27,836 nt of DNA from a virus (IMGVR_UViG_3300030330_005380:1-27836), one strand, 5' to 3'; shown: positions 1 through 7,826, counted from the first letter of the stretch. Numbers and translations: made by a program. The notes: generated from the letters alone by a model not told the origin.

Positions 1-51
1 AGCGAACTCATAATTCGTTGAGTCAGGGTTCGAGTCCCTGCGGGTCAACCA
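1..51 (+). tRNA. tRNA with CAT anticodon, 5'-truncated by window edge (probably Ile2/lysidine type, possibly elongator Met)
   Basis: Anticodon arm GCGAA-CTCATAA-TTCGT; T-arm CAGGG-TTCGAGT-CCCTG; 3' acceptor strand CGGGTCA, discriminator A, encoded CCA ending at 51. No GGG/CCC initiator signature. G68/G69 fit Ile2 better than elongator Met. Confidence 0.85.
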
Positions 52-55
52 TAAC

Positions 56-143
56 GGCGAAGTGGTGAAACTGGTATACACAGCAGACTTAAAATCTGCC
101 GACCGCTAAGGTCTTACGGGTTCGAGTCCCGTCTTCGCTACCA
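56..143 (+). tRNA. trnL: tRNA-Leu (TAA)
   Basis: Acceptor GGCGAAG/CTTCGCT; anticodon arm GCAGA-CTTAAAA-TCTGC; long variable arm; T-arm ACGGG-TTCGAGT-CCCGT; discriminator A and encoded CCA. Confidence 0.95.
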
Positions 144-161
144 AATTTCGGATCATAAAGT

Positions 162-797
162 ATGATAAAAAAAGTATACGGATCACTTAATAAAGATAAA
201 AAAATATTATATATCATAAATCATAAAGCTGGAAACACTTCTATAAGGAACGCTTTAAAAAATTATGGATACCCGAACAACTTTGGAGCACACACACATT
301 TCATCAACCCAGAAGAACTGAATTACATTTTTACTTTCGTCAGAAACCCATACGAAAGGTTGTTATCAAGATACGGTCATTTACGCCGTAGAATTATACA
401 GTTGGAAAATGGTGCTAAAATCGGCAACCGACCACATGACACAAACCTTCTAGATTTTTTTAACGGAAGCCCTATAAAAATAGAGAATTTTACGTTTAAA
501 GACTTTGTAAAGTTCACCCAGAAAGTATTCGATTGCCATTGGGAACCACAAGTCGATAAGTTTAAGAGTCAGGTAATCACCTTAGACAATATAGACTTCA
601 TTGGTAGATTTGAAAATCTCCAAGAAGACTTTAATGTTGTCTGCGATAAAATTGGAATCCCAAGACAACAACTCCCACATGATAACAAAACAGAGCATAA
701 GCACTACGCTGAATACTACGATAAGGAAACGAGGCAAATCGTTGCGGAGAAATACGCTGAAGACATTAAGAATTTTGGGTATGAATTTGGAGAATAG
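162..797 (+). CDS. Sulfotransferase family 2 protein
   Basis: 5'-PSB-like HKAGNTSI, 3'-PB FTFVRNPYERLLS, HWEPQ, DFIGRFENLQEDF and C-terminal YxEDIxxFGY. Confidence 0.85.
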   Translation: MIKKVYGSLNKDKKILYIINHKAGNTSIRNALKNYGYPNNFGAHTHFINPEELNYIFTFVRNPYERLLSRYGHLRRRIIQLENGAKIGNRPHDTNLLDFFNGSPIKIENFTFKDFVKFTQKVFDCHWEPQVDKFKSQVITLDNIDFIGRFENLQEDFNVVCDKIGIPRQQLPHDNKTEHKHYAEYYDKETRQIVAEKYAEDIKNFGYEFGE

Positions 798-802
798 AAA
801 TT

Positions 803-816
803 TAGAATATGTGTAT
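803..816 (+). promoter_or_regulatory. Putative phage promoter motif TAGAA-TAT-GTGTAT
   Basis: Recurring motif; ATG at 825 lies 8 nt after GTGTAT. Confidence 0.6.
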
Positions 817-824
817 ATGCATAC

Positions 825-1253
825 ATGCCCGAAAAAAAGAAAGCGATCAAGAAGAGAAAGTACTGTCCAGACTGCAAGAGAAACCGATCATTAACTTTCT
901 TCACAAACTCCGCTGCTACTAAATATACCGAAAACCCTAAGTTCGTTCGGAATATATGTATAGATTGCCACCAAAAACAGGTAAGCCGAGGAAAATACGC
1001 TTTAAAAAAGAAACTTAACGCTTACAAAAAAGAAAAAAAATGCGCTAGATGCGGATTTGATGACCCAAGAGCCTTGCATTTTCATCACTTAGACCCCAAA
1101 AATAAGAAAAGATCAGTCTCTAACATGGTAAGTATGAACTACAGTTGGAAATCTATAGCCAAAGAGATCGAAAAATGCGAAGTGTTATGCGCTAATTGTC
1201 ACGCTATAATCCACAGCGAAGAAAAAGAAAAACATTTAAAAAAAACGAAATAA
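825..1253 (+). CDS. HNH endonuclease with Zn-binding CxxC pairs
   Basis: CARCG..ALHFHHLDP..KCEVLCANCHAIIH; N-terminal CPDC/CIDC pair. Confidence 0.85.
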   Translation: MPEKKKAIKKRKYCPDCKRNRSLTFFTNSAATKYTENPKFVRNICIDCHQKQVSRGKYALKKKLNAYKKEKKCARCGFDDPRALHFHHLDPKNKKRSVSNMVSMNYSWKSIAKEIEKCEVLCANCHAIIHSEEKEKHLKKTK

Positions 1254-1267
1254 ATCAATAAAATTGC

Positions 1268-1281
1268 TAGAACAAGTGTAT
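1268..1281 (+). promoter_or_regulatory. Putative phage promoter motif TAGAA-CAA-GTGTAT
   Basis: Same motif, here followed by a short leader with SD-like GGAAGGA before ATG 1303. Confidence 0.6.
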
Positions 1282-1302
1282 TTCCTTTAGGAAGGAAAAC
1301 AC

Positions 1303-2253
1303 ATGAAACTATTAAACGCAGCACTCTTAGGACTTTTTATCGCCTCCACGCCTTTTACGTCTTTTTCTGACGAAAAGAAAACCGCGACAGCCGAGCATCT
1401 TCAAAACGTATCTGTGACCATTCGCTCAGAGGGTTCATTCTCAAATGGGGAAGGATCAGGAGTTGTCTTTACAAGAAAAGACTCAAAAGGGAATTTGGTT
1501 AATTTTGTTTGGACCGCAGCCCACGTTATAGACAATCTCAGAAAAGAAAGAAAGGCTGTTATAAATGGTAGTCCGAAAACTATTGTTGAGTTCAAAGACC
1601 CTATGGTCGTAAAAGAAATTCGCCAAGGCGGACGTACTGTTGGTCGTTTGCAAATGGACGCAGAAGTCTTAAAGTATTCAGATGCTGACGACGGACATGA
1701 CTTAGCCTTACTTAGAATCAGGAAATTTAACTTCGTAAAAGATACTGTCACTTTTCACCTCGGTGATGAAATACCAAATTTGGGAGATGACTTGCTCCAC
1801 GTCGGCTCTCTCTTGGGACAAATGGGAGCAAACAGCATGACAGACGGAATTTACTCTCAGCATGGCAGACTTATCAAAAGCTTGAATAAACATGTTTTTG
1901 ACCAAACTACCTGCACAGCATTTCCGGGTTCCTCGGGTGGAGGCGTTTACAAAAAAGAGAACGCTCATTATATCGGAATGCTTGTTCGTGGTGCTGGGGA
2001 AGGCTTCAATCTAATTGTTCCCGTGAGAAGAATGAAAGACTACTGCGAAGAACATAAAATCATGTGGGCTCTTGACCCCAAAGTTGAAATGCCTTCAGAA
2101 GCAGAGCTTAAGAAAATGCCAATTGAAAACACTCCCAAAGAAAAAGAAGACTTAGATGCTGAAAAAGATGCAGCGAAGAAACTCTTCCCCTACATGCTTA
2201 GAGTGACCTACCCCAAGGTATTAATAATGAAAGAGATGAAACAAAATGATTAA
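1303..2253 (+). CDS. Secreted trypsin-like serine protease (S1 family)
   Basis: Signal peptide MKLLNAALLGLFIA; catalytic triad motifs TAAHV, DLALL, PGSSGGG. Confidence 0.88.
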   Translation: MKLLNAALLGLFIASTPFTSFSDEKKTATAEHLQNVSVTIRSEGSFSNGEGSGVVFTRKDSKGNLVNFVWTAAHVIDNLRKERKAVINGSPKTIVEFKDPMVVKEIRQGGRTVGRLQMDAEVLKYSDADDGHDLALLRIRKFNFVKDTVTFHLGDEIPNLGDDLLHVGSLLGQMGANSMTDGIYSQHGRLIKSLNKHVFDQTTCTAFPGSSGGGVYKKENAHYIGMLVRGAGEGFNLIVPVRRMKDYCEEHKIMWALDPKVEMPSEAELKKMPIENTPKEKEDLDAEKDAAKKLFPYMLRVTYPKVLIMKEMKQND

Positions 2254-2392
2254 ACTATTATCCCTAGCTACAATTTTTTTATTTTTAGGATGCAAAACGT
2301 GTCCTACATGTATTTGTAAAATAGACTGTTGCGAAGAAGCTAAAATCTGCGATGATAAAGATTCTTGCTCTTGCGAACATGCAAAAGGCTGA
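2246..2392 (+). CDS. Small cysteine-rich lipoprotein (48 aa; not in ORF track)
   Basis: MIKLLSLATIFLFLG-CKTCPTCICKIDCCEEAKICDDKDSCSCEHAKG*. Lipobox-like FLG-C, 9 Cys. Start overlaps the protease stop; it ends 2 nt before the next ATG. Confidence 0.7.
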   Translation: MIKLLSLATIFLFLGCKTCPTCICKIDCCEEAKICDDKDSCSCEHAKG

Positions 2393-2394
2393 AA

Positions 2395-3159
2395 ATGAAC
2401 ATTAAGAAAAAAAAGTTCGAGTTAGAAATTGATTTATCCGAAGATATATCTGCTGCTTATCTAAAAGACTGCGAGTGTGATAGATGCGCTGATTCTTCTT
2501 GTGAGTGTGATTGCCACAACGAAGCTGTTGGGCAAAAACGTTTTGGCGGTAAGCCTCGCACAACGCTTAAAGACAGCGATTTTCTTGACCCAGAGAGAAG
2601 GTCTTTCCCAGTTATGTCCTGCCAAGATGTTAAAGACGCAGTAAGTTCTTGGGGTAGGTACAAAGGCGATATGACCTTTGAGCAGTTCAAAGATAGACTT
2701 ACTCGCAAAGCGAAGAGTATAGGATGCGAAAAAGCTCTTCCCGAAAAATGGAAAGAGGAATCTGACGCAGCCCTTACTGAAAAACAGAAGAAATTACCGC
2801 CCGCTCTTCAAAAATCAATCCTGAAAAAACAAGGCAAAAAACCTGAAAAAGAAGAAGGAAAGAAAGACGACAAGAAAGACAAAGACGAGGAAGAAGATAA
2901 GAAAGAAAACAAAAACCAAAAAGGTTTAACAGAAAAGCAAAAGAAGCTTCCCCCCGCCCTTCAAAAACAGATTTTGAAGAAACAGTCTAAAGGGACTCAG
3001 GACTATGCAAGTTTGTGGAAAAACATTCACGAAAAGCGTGAAAGAATCAAAAGAGGTTCTGGAGAAAAAATGAGAAAAAAAGGCGAAAAAGGTGCGCCAA
3101 CTCCAGAGCAGCTTAAAAAAGCCAAAGAGAAAACCAAAGCCAAAGGCTCAGAAGATTAA
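2395..3159 (+). CDS. Lysine-rich modular phage protein (DUF6582-like segment, internal 20-aa repeat)
   Basis: ATG 2395 preferred over TTG 2365. Cys cluster CECDRCADSSCECDCH; LKDSDFLDPERRSFPV module; two LTEKQKKLPPALQKxILKKQ; LWKNIHEKRERIKRGSGEKMRKKGEKGAPT module. Confidence 0.75.
   Translation: MNIKKKKFELEIDLSEDISAAYLKDCECDRCADSSCECDCHNEAVGQKRFGGKPRTTLKDSDFLDPERRSFPVMSCQDVKDAVSSWGRYKGDMTFEQFKDRLTRKAKSIGCEKALPEKWKEESDAALTEKQKKLPPALQKSILKKQGKKPEKEEGKKDDKKDKDEEEDKKENKNQKGLTEKQKKLPPALQKQILKKQSKGTQDYASLWKNIHEKRERIKRGSGEKMRKKGEKGAPTPEQLKKAKEKTKAKGSED
2773..2985 (+). repeat. Two copies of a 60-bp coding repeat (2773-2832, 2926-2985)
   Basis: 19/20 aa identical, with many synonymous nucleotide differences. 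Confidence 0.85.
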
Positions 3160-3186
3160 CTAAAATAAAAAGGACGAAACTAAAAA

Positions 3187-4029
3187 ATGGACACGAGACT
3201 CTACAATCAAAACCTCTCAGCAGACTTAAAGCTTTTCCAAAATCTCGTTGAAGCTAAAACTTTGAACAAACCTTTTAGAACTCCAAAAGGTCCAAAGAAG
3301 TTTTCTGTTTACGTAAAAAACGAGAAGGGCAATGTGGTAAAAGTTAACTTTGGTGATCCAAATATGGAAATAAAAAGAGACGACCCAAATCGTCGCAAAA
3401 ATTTCCGCGCACGTCACAATTGCGATAACCCCGGCCCCAAGACTAAAGCAAGGTACTGGTCCTGCAAAATGTGGGAGGCTAAAAAATCCGTTACTGATTA
3501 CACGAAAGGTTCGGATGATTCTTGGGACGGAGAAACCCTGTACGATCACAAGGTCTTATTGTCGCTCAACCCAATTTTAGCTAAAGCTGAAGAGATCAAA
3601 GAAGAGCCCGAAGAAAAGGAAGATGATTGTTGCGGTTGCGGAGGCTGCGAAGAAGCAGTTGCTGCTAAACGTTCTGGGCCAAGGTCTGCTGCTCAAACAC
3701 CCTCTAAACCTAGTGAAAGAAGAAAGGGTTCATCCAAGAACAAAAAAGGCAGCGCAGGTAAAGGCGGTCCCTCTATAACATTCTCTGAGAAAACCACTCA
3801 AGCACTTAAGAATAAAGTAAAAGAGCATAACGAGAAACATCCCACTAAAAAAGTTACTCTTTCCCAACTCAAGAAAGTCTATAGAAGAGGAGCGGGAGCT
3901 TTTTCCCAAAGCCACAGACCCGGACAAAGCAGAGGTTCTTGGGCTATGGCTAGAGTAAATATGTTTTTAAAAATGAAACGAGGCGGGAAAGTTAAAAAGT
4001 CTTACCGAGACGCAGATGGAGATATCTAA
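3187..4029 (+). CDS. Basic modular phage protein (RHNC..YWSC module plus DUF5824-like C-terminal module)
   Basis: KFSVYVKN..VNFGDPNM..RKNFRARHNC..KARYWSCKMW and LKKVYRRGAGAF..SHRPG..WAMARVN, recalled as common in large marine phages and giant viruses. Confidence 0.7.
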   Translation: MDTRLYNQNLSADLKLFQNLVEAKTLNKPFRTPKGPKKFSVYVKNEKGNVVKVNFGDPNMEIKRDDPNRRKNFRARHNCDNPGPKTKARYWSCKMWEAKKSVTDYTKGSDDSWDGETLYDHKVLLSLNPILAKAEEIKEEPEEKEDDCCGCGGCEEAVAAKRSGPRSAAQTPSKPSERRKGSSKNKKGSAGKGGPSITFSEKTTQALKNKVKEHNEKHPTKKVTLSQLKKVYRRGAGAFSQSHRPGQSRGSWAMARVNMFLKMKRGGKVKKSYRDADGDI

Positions 4030-4044
4030 ATCTTGAGTTGAACA

Positions 4045-4965
4045 ATGGGTGTAGACCTATTAAATCTCGCTGCTCAGTGGATCGAAAACGACGCAGCTAA
4101 ACTTTTTAAAAGAAAAGATTACCCAGAAATCGATGTATTTTATGTAGGTCTTGGGAAAACTGGCTCGTCTTCTTTTCGAAGAGGTTTTCCCGACTGTAAC
4201 ACCGCTCACTTTCATGGAACTCGTGATGCTTTTCGGCGTAACGAAAAACTTCTCAAAAAGCTTACTAATGCTAATTTAAACATTTATGATGTAATTGCGT
4301 ACATCGCTAGACGTGATGGTCATAAGCCTCTCATTGCGGAGACGATAAGAGAACCTATATCTCGACTCTTTTCTGGATCACTTCAGCACTTAAAAAATTC
4401 CACCCATTCCGAGAGGGGCTGTAAGTGTATGCTTTGTGATTGGAGGCGAGGACAAGATAAAAGTCCTGAAAAATTACGTGACACAATTAGAGATCATATT
4501 AAACGTATAATTCTCTCGAAAGGCTCAGTAAGTCTCCCATTGGTAAATCTTTCTGAAAGCCTGATAACTTCTAAGGGCCTCCCTCATTCCATACTCGGAT
4601 CAGAGCACTTCAATGTAAATCTTCTTAACGAATTTAGTTTGGAAAAAAAGTTCTTTTACAAAGAAACGGAAGATGTAAAATTTTTATTTACGCGATTCGA
4701 GGAAATTGAAAATCTAGAATCGTTACTTAAGTCTATCGGTTATAACTACACCTCAGTCCACGAAAATAATACAAACTCGAAAACAAATTGGAGTAAATAC
4801 CCCGGATCAGAGAGAATATTTGAGACTTATAAAATCATCAGAGACGATCCCGATTTATTAAAATTTGACGCTGAATACATAGAGCTTGTGTACAGCAACG
4901 AAGTACTTCGAAAATTTTATTCCCCAGAGGAAATAGATTCGTTTATCGAAAAATACGCTAAATAA
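4045..4965 (+). CDS. Divergent sulfotransferase-like / capsular polysaccharide synthesis protein
   Basis: GLGKTGSSSF (5'-PSB-like), IREPISRLFS (3'-PB-like), RFEEIENL, C-terminal FYSPEEI. Confidence 0.6.
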   Translation: MGVDLLNLAAQWIENDAAKLFKRKDYPEIDVFYVGLGKTGSSSFRRGFPDCNTAHFHGTRDAFRRNEKLLKKLTNANLNIYDVIAYIARRDGHKPLIAETIREPISRLFSGSLQHLKNSTHSERGCKCMLCDWRRGQDKSPEKLRDTIRDHIKRIILSKGSVSLPLVNLSESLITSKGLPHSILGSEHFNVNLLNEFSLEKKFFYKETEDVKFLFTRFEEIENLESLLKSIGYNYTSVHENNTNSKTNWSKYPGSERIFETYKIIRDDPDLLKFDAEYIELVYSNEVLRKFYSPEEIDSFIEKYAK

Positions 4966-4966
4966 T

Positions 4967-4980
4967 TAGTTTAAGTGTAT
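4967..4980 (+). promoter_or_regulatory. Putative phage promoter motif TAGTT-TAA-GTGTAT
   Basis: GTG start at 4989 lies 8 nt after GTGTAT. Confidence 0.55.
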
Positions 4981-4988
4981 TTATATAT

Positions 4989-5213
4989 GTGAAAAAACTG
5001 AAAGTACAGGGGTTTGCTATCGAAATACATGAAGACCTGCTTCCCGAAGAAGAAATTAAACTGGACAGTAAGTTTGATTGCGTGGATGGAAAGGTAGTTA
5101 TATATGATTACCGCAATTGTCTAACCGACGAAGGAGCCTTGGTCTTAGTTAAATACCTCAAAGACGAAGGACTGATAAATTCTCTTTCTGTTTGGTGTGA
5201 AATCATAAGTTAG
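4989..5213 (+). CDS. Hypothetical protein
   Basis: 74-aa ORF; GTG start supported by motif spacing. Confidence 0.7.
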   Translation: MKKLKVQGFAIEIHEDLLPEEEIKLDSKFDCVDGKVVIYDYRNCLTDEGALVLVKYLKDEGLINSLSVWCEIIS

Positions 5214-5532
5214 AATTAATTTGATGCAGACTTTTTATTTGCCCAGCCAGACTTAAACAATTATTGCAGTTTATAGACTGAGTTTTAATTGTTAACGGGT
5301 AGTTCAATTCTTGATCCAGTCTAATACCCTCTATACGCCATTCTGGCTCGACAAATTCGTCAACAAAATCCATCCAGCCCTTCTCCTTAAGCGTATTGAA
5401 GTATTTGTCTATATCTTGCCTCGGACTTTCGACCACGACTTCCATGTTTAAATCAACCTTACAAGTCATTGTTAAATGTCTGAAAAACAATCCCTCCTTA
5501 CAAGAAAGCTTGTCTACAACCAGCAAAACCAT
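5203..5532 (-). CDS. Hypothetical protein (only well-supported - strand gene)
   Basis: 109-aa ORF fills the gap; its own motif copy lies 8 nt upstream on the - strand. Confidence 0.8.
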   Translation of the reverse strand: MVLLVVDKLSCKEGLFFRHLTMTCKVDLNMEVVVESPRQDIDKYFNTLKEKGWMDFVDEFVEPEWRIEGIRLDQELNYPLTIKTQSINCNNCLSLAGQIKSLHQINSNL

Positions 5533-5540
5533 ACTACTTA

Positions 5541-5554
5541 ATACACTTATTCTA
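5541..5554 (-). promoter_or_regulatory. Putative phage promoter motif TAGAA-TAA-GTGTAT (- strand)
   Basis: + strand reads ATACACTTATTCTA; 8 nt to the ATG at 5532. Confidence 0.65.
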
Positions 5555-5567
5555 AAAAATTTTACCT

Positions 5568-5581
5568 AAAACCAAGTGTAT
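5568..5581 (+). promoter_or_regulatory. Putative phage promoter motif AAAAC-CAA-GTGTAT
   Basis: 8 nt to ATG 5590; back-to-back with the - strand copy. Confidence 0.55.
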
Positions 5582-5589
5582 AGATATAT

Positions 5590-5832
5590 ATGAAATGCGA
5601 AGCTAATGAACTAAAAAGGGTTTTTGAAGAAAATGTCTCAAGTCACTGGGTTCCTTGGGAAAGAGCGTTGGACAATTTTATCGATTACGCCTGTTCTCTA
5701 AGGGAGAGTGGCCTGTCAGAAAATTTTATAGCTTGCGAGCTATGCAGATGCACGGGTTTATTAATGACAAAAAAAATTGACCCAAACGCAATAGCGACTA
5801 GCTTTACGCTAAAAGATAATATGGAACGATAA
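5590..5832 (+). CDS. Hypothetical protein
   Basis: 80-aa ORF with upstream motif. Confidence 0.7.
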   Translation: MKCEANELKRVFEENVSSHWVPWERALDNFIDYACSLRESGLSENFIACELCRCTGLLMTKKIDPNAIATSFTLKDNMER

Positions 5833-5833
5833 T

Positions 5834-6004
5834 ATGAAAAACCGCACTGCCCTTATTCTGTTAGACCAAATTCTGGAAGTTTCTCAAGAAAAAGACGAAC
5901 AAGATAAAGTTAATCCAGAAATTAAATTAGAAAACAAAGTTGGACAAAGTTGGATGACTTTCCACCTAAAACAACTAAAAGAACTTCTAGAATCAGAGAA
6001 ATAA
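5834..6004 (+). CDS. Hypothetical protein (56 aa; not in ORF track)
   Basis: MKNRTALILLDQILEVSQEKDEQDKVNPEIKLENKVGQSWMTFHLKQLKELLESEK*; fills the gap, starting 1 nt after the previous stop. Confidence 0.75.
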   Translation: MKNRTALILLDQILEVSQEKDEQDKVNPEIKLENKVGQSWMTFHLKQLKELLESEK

Positions 6005-6024
6005 GGATTCCTTTTTCCACTTTC

Positions 6025-6038
6025 TAGAAAAAGTGTAT
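6025..6038 (+). promoter_or_regulatory. Putative phage promoter motif TAGAA-AAA-GTGTAT
   Basis: 8 nt to ATG 6047. Confidence 0.65.
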
Positions 6039-6046
6039 ATATATAC

Positions 6047-6325
6047 ATGAGAAAGGGGGCAAAAAAAACTAATCGCAACTATCCGCCAGTCAGCGACGAT
6101 ATTGTAGAGATACAATGGATAGATATAGTGGGCTTTGTTCACGAAGAGACCTCTCAATGGAAACCCGCTGTAGCATGGACAGTGGGCAGGGTGTTCGAGT
6201 TAAATACGGATTCTGGCGAAGCACCTTATCTTTTAATAGCTTCAAGCGGGTACAATGACGGAGATAAAACGGCTGACGGATTAGCTATACCATTGGGTTG
6301 CATAAAGTCTTGGAAGAAAGTATAG
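6047..6325 (+). CDS. Hypothetical phage protein
   Basis: 92 aa; pattern IQWIDI..WTVG..LLIASS..IPLGCIKS resembles small phage proteins of unknown function. Confidence 0.7.
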   Translation: MRKGAKKTNRNYPPVSDDIVEIQWIDIVGFVHEETSQWKPAVAWTVGRVFELNTDSGEAPYLLIASSGYNDGDKTADGLAIPLGCIKSWKKV

Positions 6326-6332
6326 TCTTCGC

Positions 6333-7064
6333 GTGAGACATATAATTGGAGGTATAGGAGATTTTCTCCAGAGTATAGATTCCATACAGGAAAATGAGGA
6401 GATAAATGTTTTCTCTCACGCTAAATGCACTCAGTCTTTTTTCGATGACATTGGAGTCAAAATTAACTTTCACCCTTTCACTAAAGTCGAAGATTTAAGT
6501 GATCACGGTTTTTACCTCAGCCAAAGTCAACAAGTAGAAAGGAAGATTTTTCAAAACCTTGCTACTTTGCCTGATAGAAGTTTAGCTCTAGCGCACTCTA
6601 ACGCAGAGTCGTTTTTTTTCGATGAGATAATTGGTATTCACCCAGTAGGAAGTAAGTTCTCTAATGATTTCTGGAGCGCGTTAGATCAACCTTTAAAAAT
6701 ACTTCCTCCTTGGATCATAAAAGAAGCAATAGAAGAAACTAAAAATTACTTTATCTTCGGAACAAAAGAAGAACTAAAGCCTTACAGGGAAGAGATAGGT
6801 TCTCCGAAAAATATAAAGTATATTGATTACGATAACATTTGGGATAGCTTGGCTCATGTTTTGAAATGTAAAAAGGTCGTAGCTGTAGATAGCTCGGTAA
6901 AGTCAATGGCAGCAGTAAAAAAGATTAAAAGCGTAGTCTTTATAGGTGACTACGAAGATGAGTTTAGGGACTCTAATTTTATCAACCCTTATGTGAGAGA
7001 GGGAGTAATGCACCCAGTAAGATTCAAAAAAATAGAAAGAAGGCATTTGGATTTTTTTAAATAA
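6333..7064 (+). CDS. Glycosyltransferase family 9 (heptosyltransferase)-like protein
   Basis: N-terminal GGIGDFL, IGIHPVGS, VVAVDSSVKSMAA (cf. GT9 xDSGxxHxA). Confidence 0.65.
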   Translation: MRHIIGGIGDFLQSIDSIQENEEINVFSHAKCTQSFFDDIGVKINFHPFTKVEDLSDHGFYLSQSQQVERKIFQNLATLPDRSLALAHSNAESFFFDEIIGIHPVGSKFSNDFWSALDQPLKILPPWIIKEAIEETKNYFIFGTKEELKPYREEIGSPKNIKYIDYDNIWDSLAHVLKCKKVVAVDSSVKSMAAVKKIKSVVFIGDYEDEFRDSNFINPYVREGVMHPVRFKKIERRHLDFFK

Positions 7065-7070
7065 ATTAAA

Positions 7071-7826
7071 ATGAAAGTAATACTTAGAGCTTGTGATAGC
7101 AAAGACAGCGTTAATGGCTTGCCTCGCCCTTGGGGCTTATCCAAAAAAGAAGTTATAGAAACGTGCTTCAGAACACTCCATCTATCACTTAAAGGTCATC
7201 CTCATGAACTTCACATAATAGGAGATGGATTATCTGACGAAACTAAGTCGTTTTTTAAAGATTTACACCCCGAATCTATTCTGCACGAATATAGTGGGCT
7301 AGGGAACGACGGCAGTATAATGAAAACGTTTGAGCTAGCGGAATCATTTAACGATGACGACTTGATATACTTTTGCGAGGACGACTATATGCATGTTTTT
7401 GATAGTTTTTACGAGAAGATTAGCTTCTTCATGAATACTTACAAAGATCATGAAACTCCTTTTTTTGTTCATCCAAGCGATTATCCAGATCAATACAATA
7501 GATTAATGAAGAAGTCATTTATTCTTTTGTCCAGAGACACTCACTTCAGAGAAGTGTCTTCAAGTACATTTACGTTTTTAGTTCATAAAAAGAACTTTAT
7601 GAAGTTTATAGATGTATTTAAGAAATCTAGCGAGGGAGCGCAAGACGGTGAGTTTTCGAAAATTTTCGGAGAGAAAGCTCTTTGCTTCAGTCCAATTCCG
7701 GGACTTGCTTCTCACATGCATCAAGGAACTATGGGGCCTTATGTTTTATGGGATATGATTCAACATTACTCCAATGACCTGTGCGGAGTTAATCAGCAAA
7801 TTACCACTCTTGAGATCAACAGGTGA
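7071..7826 (+). CDS. GT-A fold glycosyltransferase (family 2-like)
   Basis: HIIGDG, IYFCEDDYMH (DxD-type), STFTF, FSPIPGLASHM. Confidence 0.7.
   Translation: MKVILRACDSKDSVNGLPRPWGLSKKEVIETCFRTLHLSLKGHPHELHIIGDGLSDETKSFFKDLHPESILHEYSGLGNDGSIMKTFELAESFNDDDLIYFCEDDYMHVFDSFYEKISFFMNTYKDHETPFFVHPSDYPDQYNRLMKKSFILLSRDTHFREVSSSTFTFLVHKKNFMKFIDVFKKSSEGAQDGEFSKIFGEKALCFSPIPGLASHMHQGTMGPYVLWDMIQHYSNDLCGVNQQITTLEINR

Noticed and set aside
2365-2394. TTG start for the Lys-rich protein
   Set aside because: Overlaps the Cys-rich lipoprotein ORF; ATG 2395 follows its stop by 2 nt.
4423-4430. AAGTGTAT inside the 4045 gene (also GTGTAT at 14822)
   Set aside because: Intragenic, no TAGAA element and no start codon 8 nt downstream; treated as chance matches.
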